NCBI GenBank assembly: GCA_016748015.1
Contig: JAAOMT010000602.1
Coordinates: forward strand, 943,696 to 1,007,695
DNA length: 64,000 nt
Origin: Geosiphon pyriformis uo1
Lineage: Eukaryota > Fungi > Glomeromycota
Direction of reading: 5' to 3'
The number at the start of each line of letters is the position of its first letter. The first letter of the stretch is position 1. Under the pieces are notes generated by a model. That model was not told where the DNA came from and ran no database searches. It saw only the letters and a list, made by a program, of their open reading frames with translations. Positions 23,501-36,300 of the stretch are shown in pieces. Position numbers and translations under genes: made by a program.

Positions 23501-26500
23501 TTTCCAAACCATATGAATAGAAGGGTGTTCTAATGAATATCTATCCTATTGCTTTAATTAAAACAGCTTGTAAGATTCTTTTCAAGATTCTCTCTGACAG
23601 GATTTCTTTGACTTGCAGTACTTTTGATGTTCTTCGTGGGGACAATTTTTTGGTTTTGAAGGATATGACAACTCAGTTTCCTATTTTTACAATTGGTTTG
23701 GTTATTAAGGATGCTTTGAAAAAGGACTGGAAGCTTTGGCTAGTTTTGCAAGACATACGAAAAGCATATGATTCAGTTGGCTGGAAGCATCTTGAGAAGA
23801 GTTTGGTCAGGATTAAAATGTGTGGCAAGTTCATTTGATTTTTTGGTAGTATTCATAGAGATCATACCAACCGAATTATAACAGATTTTGGTTTAATAGA
23901 TGATTATTGTGTGTATAATGATCTGAACCAGAAAGAAGTATTTTTTCCTCTTCTGTGATGCATATTTTATGATCTTTTATTGTAAAGTCAAGCACCAAAA
24001 GAGTGTATATAGGTATAAGTTGAATTTTTAATTTAATTACAGAAGTGGTTGTACTGAATTTCAGACTGAACTTTCTTTCTTTTTTGCTGCTGGCACTTTC
24101 ATCAATGATACAAATTGGATTGGTAGCAATCAAAGTGTTACCCAACATATTCTCAATGTTGCTAGTGAATTTTTTCAGATCAATAACATTTTAATCAACA
24201 ATGACAAGATGGTGATTATTCTTATTAATAGCAGGGTCAGCAATTCTTCTCTTTTTATCAGTGGCTTGCCAATCTCTATTACCAAAAAGAGTGAATTTCA
24301 TCAGTATTTGGGTATTTTTTTTTCAACTGAGGGTCTTTTAAAGCCTAGTTTGGTTAAGGCAAATTTAGATGTTTGTTTTTTCACCAATCTGGTTCTGAGA
24401 AAGGCTATCTCGAATAAACAGCTCTTGTATTTGGTGTCAATAGTTTTTCATCTTATAGTCAGCTATAAAACACAGTTTAGCTTTGTTTTTGTTAATGTGT
24501 GCAACAAGTGGAATGCTCTAATTCATAAGGGCTTAAAACTTAAATCTGGTCTATCACTCAATTTTCTTAGTGATACAATTCACTCAATTTTCCTAGTGAT
24601 ACAATTCACCACCTTTCTTTTTATGGTTTGTAATCTTTTTTACAAGTTTAGTCTAAGAATAAGATTGCTTTCTTTGTTAATTTTGTGAACTCTAGTAATA
24701 TTTTGGGTTACTTGTTTTCTCACAGGTCTCATAACTTATAAGTTTTGTGTTGGTGCTCTGTTTATTTATTGAGTTCTCCTGTCTGTATTCATGTTAGTGC
24801 TTCTAATAACTTTTTGGCAGGCATGGTTTGTATTTTTTTTGATTGCAATTTGTCCCTGAGTAGCTTTTTGGCCAGTTCTTTTCAGTGTTATGATAGAATT
24901 CCCATGTCTGCTGTTCTGGGCAAGTCAAAATTTCTCAAGTTTCTCCCTTCTCTCAATTAGCATAACATAGTTTTTGTGAATCAATTTTGTAATAGTCATG
25001 GTGCTGTCTTTAATTGGTGTACTTTCAGACAGTGAAAAAAACTGGATCCCTATGGCTCTGTTCTCAAGTAGTTCAAAATTTCTACAACATTTCTCAATGA
25101 TGTGGCTTCTTCTCCTACTCATTTCTTGGTTTTGAGTAAAGTTGGTCCTTTAAACATTCTTGACTCTAGTGATTTTGCATTTGTTTGTAATCATCTCTCT
25201 TGGATTGGTTTTGGTAGTTTATCTGTATATACAGATAGATCTCTAAAGGATTTGGGCATGGTTGGCTGTAAAGCTGACACTGCTGCTTTTTTCAAGAACA
25301 TTAATTTGGGTTTGGGTGTTAGTGTATTGGGTATAATATTATCAACTATAACAGAATTACAGGCTATTGTGTTGGCCCTGAAGTGTGTTCTCTTATCTAG
25401 TTCTGTTCATTTGTTTTTAGATAGTCAATCTTCTTTGGATGCTTGTAAGTTGGAATTGGGTCTGATGTATCCTGACTTTCACAATTAGTATTGGGTTGAG
25501 TGTCAGCATATTGTTAATGTCATTTGTAGTAAGAATTTAAGAGTTAGTTAACACAAAGTAAAGGATCACTCTGGTGTTTCAGAGAATGAGCATGCTAACA
25601 TAATTGCTGATGCCACCTCTCTTTCTGGTTGGCATCTTCCTTTTTACTTGGATAAATGCTTTATAGTGGCTAATAGTGGTGTTGTTTTTGGCAATTCTAA
25701 ACATTTTGTATATAATGTTTATTGTTCCATTTGTCATGCATGCTGGGAGGTTGGTTTTGGTTCCAAGTTTTTAACAAGTAATTTGCTTTATAAAGTCAAT
25801 TGGCTCTGCTCATTGCTGGTGTGGCATCCTAATTTGCACATGGCTGCTGGTTTTATCAGCAGGCCCTTGGCTAGTGCATGCACTTATTTTATAAAAGTCT
25901 TGTATCATTGGCTGCTTATTGCCATTCAGAAGCACCTTTATGACAAACATTATTCTAGTGTATTGTGTTTGTATTATGATAATATGGAAGTGTTGAATTA
26001 TGTGTTTTTTTGTGAGGTTAATGATTCTATTAGGCATCAAATATTGGACTCTCATATGGCTTTATGGAAGGCTTTTTTTGGTTTCTCTCACTCCTCTTCA
26101 AGTGTGCTACAGCTGTTGTTATCTTGTGTTTCTAATTTCTCTGTATCCATGGCTTTTTATAAAGATTTTGTTTTTAACAGTTGGTTTCGCAAGGCTGTTT
26201 CCATTTTCCACAATTCCAAGATTGCCAGTTCAGAGATTGTCAAATTTGTGCACTCTCTTGGTCTTGCCTTTAGGGATGATGTTTGGGTGGTTTATGCTAA
26301 ATACTATGCCTATATAAAGAAGATTGGATTGATTCTATTGAATGGTTCAGCTCTTGTGTCAATTTCTGGTTTGGCATTAGGATTTTCTGCTGGTGTAATC
26401 AAATTGCTTGGCATTACCAAAGCTTTTGGAGTTTATTTTGGGTTCTACAAATCTTGTTTATTTTTCTTAGATATAAGTGACTCAATTTTAGTTTATATAG

Positions 26501-26643
26501 CTGCATAGTATTGTTCTGATTGGTTCGAGTGGCTGGTTACATGTAAAAAGTGCATGATTTATGCCTAGTTTAGATTATTTCTTTGATGTATAGCATTAGG
26601 TAGTGTTTGGATCTCACTTGTTAAAAAAATAAATAAAAAAAAA
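20592..26643 (+). mobile_element. LINE, 5'-truncated at the LTR (partial ORF1; ORF2 21796-26508 with APE, RT, RNase H and C-terminal zinc finger; 3' UTR and A-tail); pseudogenised
   Basis: WKIATCNVR, GGNFNE and TIDYVLVS (APE); QDIRKAYDSV and FINDT, a decayed FVDD (RT); VYTDRS, ELQAI, LDSQ, KVKDHSG (RNase H); A-rich tail. Confidence 0.93.
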
Positions 26644-27532
26644 CCCCCCAATTTTAATGTAAGTTTTATAAAAAAAATAATCAAATTTTATAAAAACACA
26701 AAAAATATAATTAGTTAAAAATTAAAACAAATTTAACAAAATTATAATCAGAATTTTCTTAATTAATTATTAAAAATATATAATATTTAAAAGCCTAATT
26801 TATAAAAAACAAGAATAAAAAAATTATTAAAGAGTTTATAAAAAAAACATAACTAAAATATTATATTAATTAAATATTATTATTGAAATTTTATTTTTAA
26901 TAATATAATAATTTTATTATTAAATTAATATTATAAAAAAGACAAAATTAATTAATTTAATTGTGAATTTTACTTAAAATATTATTTTTTTATAAGTTAA
27001 TAATTTAAATAATCAGATTTAAATAACTAAATTTAAAACTTTATTATATATATCAATTATTTGAGTAACTAGTTATATGCAGAAAGAGCATGAATTATAC
27101 TTAATATAAGATTTTGTATGGTTTTATGATTTTTGATAGTAGTTAAACTGTATTCCTAAAACAATTAATAATAAAAAAATATTAATTATATTAATTATAA
27201 TTATAATTAAATAGTTAAATTGCATTATATTTTTTTATTATAATTAAACTAATTATTAATCTTTTAATTTCTATTTGTTAGCTAATTTTGTTAATTAAAT
27301 ATAATAATATAAATTTTTTTTACATGATTTTAATAATAATTTTCATAGTATATATTATAATTTTTACATTAAAAAACATAAAAATTTACTGAAAACAACA
27401 AAAAAATGTTTAAAACTTTGAAAAATTAAAAACATATAATTTAAAAATACATAACTATATTTTATAATAATAGTTGATTTTATTTTTTATTATTGTTTAT
27501 ATATATTTAACATATTTTAAATTTTAAATTTT

Positions 27533-30398
27533 TATTATTATTAATGTATTTAATAAGCAAAATCCAACTGCTATCTAATACATAGAACCAAACTAAGTGG
27601 CTCAAATTAAATGCAATTTATGTACTTTCTACATATGGCTAGCCACTTAGGCCAGACAAGGCAATACTACACACCTATATTAACATGGGGACTACCATTC
27701 AGACCAAAAAAGAAAAGACAAGGCCTGCAATGACCAAAGCTAACAGCAAAAAATTTTAACACACCAAGAAATCTGACCACATCATCTGATAAAACAGACT
27801 CAGCACAACTTAAAAGACCTGACAATACATCACCATTACCAACCAAACCAGTCTTCTCTATATGTACTCTAAACTCAGATCTCATTAACCACACTCTAGA
27901 ATAATACAGCTCAACTAACTATCTAGCCAAATCAACAACAAAGCTAACAGCTTTTTTTTTTTCATCAAAGACCCCAACAGCCTTCTTATACCAATCCTTT
28001 AGCACAAAATTCTTGCATATTACTGAATACAAGCCAACATCTGACTGACAAAGATCAAGCACCCAAAAAACTGCAGAAGAAAATAAACAATGAACACCAA
28101 CCAAAGTTCAGAAAGCAAAAGTCTTGAATAAAATCTCTCTTTAAATATCAACATTCCGAGCACAAGTAAAGACATAATTCAGCAATTTTACCTCACTGCA
28201 CAACAAACAAAGCACACCAAGATACTCTTTATTATATAGTCTTTTATAGATGACAACAGGCAATCTACAATGCATAACTTTCATCATATATGTGCACAAA
28301 GTGGAGAACTTCCGATTAGTAAACTCTGTAAACATGTGTGAATTAGGGTGCCACACTCTTGAAGTGGCAACCCAATTCATATCACCAACCAACACTCTTG
28401 AAATCACATCATGATCGAGACTTGTTTCCTAATGAGCTTAACAAATAGATCTGAATAAATTTTGAACAAAGTGATAGATATTGTCAGATACAGCCATGCC
28501 CTCAGTCATTAAAAAATGTTCCTGCATACCCATGGGTAAAAAAACAGAAGAGCCCGCCACTTCACTGGCCAAAGTATCAGTCTTTATATTACCAGTAACC
28601 CCAGAATGATTTTTGATTTTAATCTAATGTACTATAAAATTTTTATCTTGAACCAAATTGAAAATATGTCTCCTTTTACCCAACACCAATTATGAAAATT
28701 GGGAGAAGTAAGTGACATCTCAGACACACATATATTAATAGCAACTTGACTGTCAAGATACAAATTCACATTACAAGAGGACAAAACACACTCTAAAGCC
28801 AAGATGACTGCTTGTAATTTAGCCATAGTAGAAAAAAAAAGACCCCAAACTCCCATGCCAACACTTATGTTCAAAACCAGAAAATATGCAGCTGTCTCAT
28901 TCATGACATTAGCAGAATTAGCATTCTTTAACAAACTATCTGTATAGACTTTAAAAATACCAAACCAAACTTCATGTAAACCATCTCAAATATCCAAAAA
29001 CTTTTTGGAATTCAAAATGCTCAGACCAGACAAAGGAGAAGGAGAAATTACAAAAGCAGATTCTAAGGAACCCTTATCATTCAAAAACTTTAAAGTAAGC
29101 ACAAACCAATGGGGCACAAGACCTCTAAGATTCAATCTTTTCCAGTGGCAAAAAGTTTTTTAATCTATCATTCTTCCTTTTTTATCATAAAATTGGTCAC
29201 CAAAAACAACTCCAAAATGCTTTAAGGAATAAACAAAATTAAAGAACATAGACTTTTTCAAGACCAAGGACATTGGAAAGACACTAGAGTCACGGAAAGC
29301 ACTGGGTAATATGTTTGTCAAAGACAGCTTATTGTCCAAAAAAATCCTAACCATACCAGCCAAAAAATTGTTTACTAGACTAACACACAACTTAACAAAA
29401 AACTGTAAAAGATCCAAAAGAGCCCAACCCAAAATTTGCAAATCCAAGAACTGGTAATGAAACAAACAACCAAGAATGCCATAAGCATTAGAAAATGAGA
29501 TCACAGCAGCCAATTTACTTTCAGTCTGAACCTGTTTAAATAACTTTAAACCATACAAAAATGGATAATGCAAAGCCTTACTAAAAAAATCACATGGTAA
29601 GCACATTTTAGACTTGAGACTCTTTCTAATCATAACATCCCATTTGCAACAAATATTTGATAAAACAAAACTAAACTAAGTTCAGTAGCCAACTATAGGC
29701 TACAAAACAGCCAAGACCAAGTATGAAAACTGTTTATCCATAACAGTCTTCTTGAGCAAAACATTAACAAAGAAACGAATGTCAAAATGAGCTTTAACAA
29801 CACTAGGCTTGGACAATCTCTCTGTAAACAAAAAAATCTCCAAGTACCAATATGTTTTGCTTTTTTTGGCAATTAAAATTGGCTAACCACAAATACTTAA
29901 AGAAGTGACTCTAATACTTTGGTTAATGAAAATAGCTACTGTTTTCTTACTGTTGATAAAGATATTATTAATTTCAAAGAACTTACTGGCAATGTTCAAA
30001 ACATACTAAGTAGAGGCCTGACAATTCCCAACCCAAATAGTATTATCAACAAATATGCCAGCTACAAAACAAGAAATCATCTCATCATTACTTTCAATTT
30101 TGTCTGTCCTTGAAATAAATTTAGTATTAATCTAGTACTCACACAATTGTTCATGTCTTTTAATCTTGCACAAGAGTGGATCATAAAAGATTCTCCACAA
30201 AAAAGGTGAGAAGATCTTATCTTAATCCAAACCATCATGTATTCTGTAACTATTTGACAGACCAAAATCAGTCATTACTCTGTTAATTCTATCTACATGT
30301 ATATTCTCAAAGAACTCAATAAACCTGTTACACATTTTAACACACTGCAAGCTAGCTTTTAAATGGTATCACTTAACAGAATCATATGCATTTCGCAC
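27533..30398 (-). mobile_element. 5'-truncated LINE (RT C-half, RNase H, zinc finger, 3' UTR, (TAA)n tail)
   Basis: Minus ORFs 27667-30265 match ORF2 of the other LINEs, including AGIFVDNT and AYDSV at the truncation. The 3' UTR is shared. Confidence 0.9.
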
Positions 30399-30440
30399 AG
30401 TTTTGTTATTAATTTATTAATTATATTAATAAAAAAACTT

Positions 30441-32705
30441 TTTGTTTTTTTAATTTTATAACCATAATTAGAACAAAAAATAAAAAAGCTGTATTTGATA
30501 TTTTTTAAGATATTTAATAAAGTTTTAACCAAAAAAGTTTTTTTTATTGTAAAAACAATTAAACAAAATGTCTTAAAGGTTTTTTTTTTAAATAATAGTA
30601 GTAAAAGACTATATTTGGTGGCCACTAAAGTATTTTTTTATCTTTGACTGGTTTTTTTCCAGTCAAAGTTCTTTTAAAAAAACACACCTAGATCAATTTT
30701 AATATTGTTTTTACTTTTTTTAAAAATTCAAAAGTATTTAATAACAAACCAATTATCAAGCTAGTTTTTTTTACTTTTTTTGTTATATTTAATGTTTTTA
30801 ACATCTCTTTTTCTAAAATAATTAAGAAAATTATAAATTCAAAAAGACAATAGCAGTTATTTGTTTTTGTTATTTTTATATTAAATTTGGTTGTGGTTTT
30901 TAATAAATCTTAAATAAGATCTTTGTTGCTTTATCTGGTTTGTTTTCTAAAATAAACCAGAATTAACTACTTGTTGTATTGTTTAATATAATGTTTTCTG
31001 ACAAATTATTATTGATTATAGAAATAAAGTAAATCTTTTCTTTTAAGTTATCTGTTCTTGGAAATTGGACTAACCAAATAAAAATCAAATTAACTTTTCG
31101 ACTAGTTTTTAATGCTGTTACTAATGGTGTTTAAGAAACTATTATTAATTATTAAAAATTTGCCAAGTAAGTGGCCTTTACTTTAATATTTAATGCAACT
31201 TTTAAGGTCAAATTGGCTTATGTTAAAATTGTTTTCCAGTTTGTATGTGGTTTTTTGGATACAAAATTAATGACAAAAGACAATGTAAAGTTTTTTTGTG
31301 TAAAATTTGTTTTTTTAAAGTCTTTAAAAACTGCATTTTTGATTGAATTTACAAGCTTTGTTTACTTAATTATTTTTAAAATTACCAAATCTTTGGTGGT
31401 TTCTGAAACTAGTTCTTTTTCTGTTGTTATTACACCATATAATATGTCTTTGAATATATTTGCTACTAATATTAAAACAGCACTTAGTGAGTTTAATAAG
31501 ATTATCTATATTATATTAAAGTTTGCTAGTATTTGATAATATATTATTGTTTATTTTAAAAAGCTAGATATTGCTATATCTGCTTTGAATTATTAATTGA
31601 TATTAGTAAATAAGAATAATATTGAAATTTTTTTTTGGTAAATTAAAATAAGATTATTCTGTTTTATAATAAGTTTAAAGCCAAGTTGGTTAATCTTTTT
31701 TCTGGCTGTATTGTATTTAAAATCAGTAAAATAATTTTTTAAGTTGATGATCAGACTTGTTTTATTTTTTATTTTTTATTTTTGGTTATTATTCTCAGTT
31801 TGCTTTGATTATGTTTAAATATTAAATTAATTTAGATACTATCATTATCAAAACTAGTACTTTGAAAAAATGTTATATTTGATGAAATTTTTTTGAAAAT
31901 TAGCACTATTTTAAATGTCAAAATTCAGATTATTTAATTATTAATTATAAAATGTTTTCACTTTTTTCTCTTAAAATTTTTAAGACTTTTATTTCTTATG
32001 TTTTTAATATTAAATTATATACCAAAACTGCTGTTTCTATGTCTTTTTTAATTTTTGATTCTCTAATTGGTTTTATTTTTTCTGTTAATATAGTAACTGG
32101 TAATTTTATAGTTTTTTTTAGTTAGCTGTTTTAAAATCTGATTTGGTCAAGTTTTTTGCTTTGGTTAAGTTATTATTAAGTTGATAAATTCTTTAGTTAT
32201 AATGTTTAAACAATTTGTAAATGGTAATTTGGTTTCAAATAATCTATTTAGTCTTAAAATTAATAAGTTTTTGATATATATAAGTACTTTTAGCAAAGCT
32301 ATTAGAAAGCTAAAATAAGAGATAATAATATTAAAAACCAAATATAGTTATAATAATATTGATATATTTGGTTTATATATAAGTTTGTCTACTATTAATA
32401 ATAATATATTTTCTAATTTAATGTTTTTGTGAAAATATAAATCTTCTAGTATTAAAACTAATGTCTTAAAAACTGCCAAATAACTGGTTAAATTGGTTTA
32501 TAATAATGCTATATTGTTTAAAATTGTTTAAAAAATGTCTTTTTTGAGTAAGTTTTCTTTTAAAGCATTAGTATAATGTTGTTTTGATTAATCTAAATAA
32601 CTGGTTACATGTAGAAAATAGGTAAATTGTATCTAGCTAAGATTTTTAATTTTGGTTCTGTATATTAAATAATAAACTATATTTGTTAAACTTTAATAAA
32701 AAAAA
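30441..32705 (+). mobile_element. Non-autonomous ORF1-only LINE derivative (HAL1-like) with LINE 3' UTR, A-tail and ~17-bp TSD
   Basis: One decayed reading frame ~30458-32576 with RRM-like blocks and a decayed CCHC (YFKCQNSDYLIINY), then directly the LINE 3' UTR (ctggttacatgtag...ggttctgtat). Flanked by ATATTAATAAAAAA(A)CTT at 30423-30440 and 32706-32722. Confidence 0.75.
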
Positions 32706-33343
32706 ATATTAATAAAAAACTTAAAATAAAAAAAAATTTTATTTAAAGCCAAAAGATATTTTATTAATAGCTAAAAACTGTTTTATATTTATATTAATAT
32801 TATTACAATTAAGTTACAATTAACTATAATTAAAGATAAAATTTCATATATAACAAATAAGCATTAAATAAATTATAATTAATTATGTTTGCATAATCTA
32901 AAGTTGTAACTATGTAATAATTAAATATTACATTAATTGTAACTTATTAAAAATATTAATTCTACTTGTAATTCAAAACAAAAAAATATAGTTTTAAAAT
33001 AAATATATTAATTTCAATAACATATACAAAACAATTATTTGCTTGTGTTTATTTTTTACTTATCAATGTTTATTTGTTGAAAAAAATAGAAGTCAACTTT
33101 TTGCAAGCATTATGAAAAGTTAAACAAAAGTTCAATTTTACAAAACTAAATTAAATTTTAAACACTGAAACTTCACATCAAATATTTGCTGTCTGGTTTT
33201 GTTGCGACCCGCCCCATTCGACATAGAATTCGCCATTCAAAGTTCACCTGAATTCAGGAAATTCAGATATACAAAATCTATTTGGCGTCTATTATAATAT
33301 CTATTAGAATAAAATGATGGGTCTTCGATAAACGACCTTAATT

Positions 33344-36300
33344 TCATCGTTGCAGTTCAGCTCGAAGTTGAAGAAATCGCTGAATGAGAACTTGATCTGC
33401 CCCAATAGCGGGTGACGAATCAGTGTAATTAGAAATAAGCTCGCATATATGTTGGGAATCAAAATCGTCGGCACTAATATGTGAATATGTCAATATCGTA
33501 CCCATATATATAAATCAAAATCAAATCTTGAAAAAAGATTACCTGGTGTCTTGTTTCCATTGAATGATAAGTTGTAAGATCTCCTCAAGTATAAACCGGA
33601 GACCTTGGGCCTGGTTGAGGGGTGGTGGCTACGTTCAAAAGGTATTTCATAAGAACGATAAAGAATTCAATTTTGTTTAAATTGACCATTAATACTAAAA
33701 TTTGATAAATTTAAATCACCCTTTCCGAATGCAAGTCTACCAGAATATCAAATATGGTGCGGTAGGGGATATTAAGCTGATGGAAAATATTAACTATCCA
33801 GCCTTGCTGAGGTTTGGGGGGATTTTGAACGCAGTATATTATCAAAAGTCGACAAATCAGCCCTATTTCAAAAAAAAGATGATGAGATTCCACAAGTTAT
33901 CTTCGAAATAACATGTTTGATTGAAGAAAACGAACATGGGGGAAATACAAGTAATTCTCCTGGATAATATTTTCTTCCAAGCCTGATTACTTCCTCACGC
34001 AGTTCTTCATAATTAGGCGCTAAAAATACATATAATTAAAATAATTGTCGACATAAGTTGCGGTTTTGCTGTTTGGGATATATACCTTTCCGTATTATGC
34101 TCTGCCAAATGCTAGAAACCAAGTCTATATCCGGTGGTTCGTTGACAGTTAACAAATCTAATGTACAATCGTATAGCTCAAAAGGATTTATAAATTGATC
34201 CCAAAGCTGATGTAGATTTTAATAAAATTAAAATGTTATTGATATCGATATAAATTTTGAAATAATAGGCAAATGAACTTACTGCCTGCTTGGTTAATAA
34301 CCTATTATTGAGGGCATTCAGAATCTGTTGACTATTGGGTTGCCCTTGAAGCTGTAACCTTAATCTATTATAGATTTCGTATTGCACTTGACCAATCTAG
34401 TAATAGAATATGATTATTATAAGCAAGTGACATTAATATCAATAAAATCCGAAAAAAATAAACCTGTAAAAGGTCTTCGTATTCTTTTAGTGATTCCATT
34501 GCACCAGATGGTGCATTATAACCACCAATCCCGGCCTTCATGAAAGATACAGCTAAGGATAAATGTTTAAGCCGCATTTCTAGGTTGAGATCAAACCTAT
34601 ATAGCGCGAAGAGAACTTTTTGTGAGCTCAAAAGATTCTCCCATTATTATCTGACAATTGGAGGGGTACATTAGGTGCTTAAAGTATCACAATGGTTCTC
34701 GTATCTTTGAGGAAATAATAGAATCCACTTACTCGGGTGATTCAGCCAGTTGATGTTGGATGCTTGCTGCATTAAAATGTTGATTATGTCTAATGTGATA
34801 TTCACAATATATTTCCAATTTTCCAATTTTTTCAGTAGGGCCGCCTTCTTTGAAATATTCTTCAAGATATGGAGCCGCTACCTAAAAAGTTAAACAAAAT
34901 CAGGAAAAGGACTAAATATCAATCGAGAATATTATTGTTAGGGTACCTCAAAGAGATTACGAATAGAGCCACCTCTGAAAAATTCATCGTAAACTCTGAA
35001 TAAGAAATCTTTATCCCTCATCTTTGCCCCAATATTCAGCGCTTTGTGCAATACTTGACTCGAAAATTCTGAAGATACCTCTATGAATGTAAAAATCTTT
35101 CAACAACTGTTAAAGAGGCTATACTTTGAATTAATAATAAAAAATAACGAAGCTTACTTATTGGAGGCCCTTTTCCAAACACTTCTGCCGTTTTCATGCT
35201 CTCAATGGCCAAGTCTTGATAGGGAGCGCGATTCGTGATCCCTGGCGCTTGCGAGCCATTCAAAGCAAGTTCCAAGGCACCTTTAAATTTTTTAAATCAA
35301 TTTTTTATCAATTGGTTGAAATTTGTAAGAACGAGGTTTAATCAATAAAGACATGCTATTTGAGTTATTTGTAATGGTCCTTACTAGACCTAGTAATATA
35401 AAGCAATTGGAGTTTACGTACCATCATTATAATGAAGAGCTTGATATTCGTGACATATGTTTTCCAAGGTGTCATAGGTCATATTCTCAATATTTTCCAA
35501 AAAAAGCTTCAAAGAACGCTCAAAATATTTCATCCTTGCATGACTCTCTTGCGAGTTTTTGGCTTGTTGTAATTCTTCGTAAGCCTAATCAGTAGTCCAT
35601 TTTATACAATATTCAAAATGTGTCGAATCAATCTTCATCTAACTCCAAATAATAAATGCTTTCATCACCTGATAGATTTTAACATCAGCTGCTTTACAAA
35701 ATGAATGACATCTTTGTTCTAGTGAATGACTGAGATTATCAACCTATTTTAATTATTTATAAAATCAAATCATAATTAGTTCATTATTGAAATAATTGTG
35801 GATTGAAATCTCATTTGTTCAGCAGTAAATACTACCTGTGGCCTATTTTCTCGGCGAATTATAGCCAAAACCAATTCCTTCCAATTTTTTTTGGTTTGCT
35901 CATCTGTCATCAACATTGAAAATGTTGAATTCCATAATGCTGGTTGTGACCGCTCTGGAATACTAGCAGAATTGGTTTTATATTTAGCCAAACAAACAAG
36001 GAGGTAAAATATATATATTCCTTAATCGTCGAATAGACCTAACTCAAGGAACATAGCTCTTAGAATACCTCGCAATGGCATCGGGTAAATTGTAGTCAAT
36101 CATGAGAAGAATAAACGATAAGGCATCAGCGCAGCTTCTCGTCAATTCATACAAATCAATGAGCCATAGGTTTTCATTCTGAAATTGGAGATTTGTGAGC
36201 TGCTCTCCAACGAGTTCAAGATTTTAAAAGAAAGAAATTACTATAACATTTCTACCTTCCAAGCCTCATTTGGAATGTCTGGTACATAGCTGAGGGCAGG

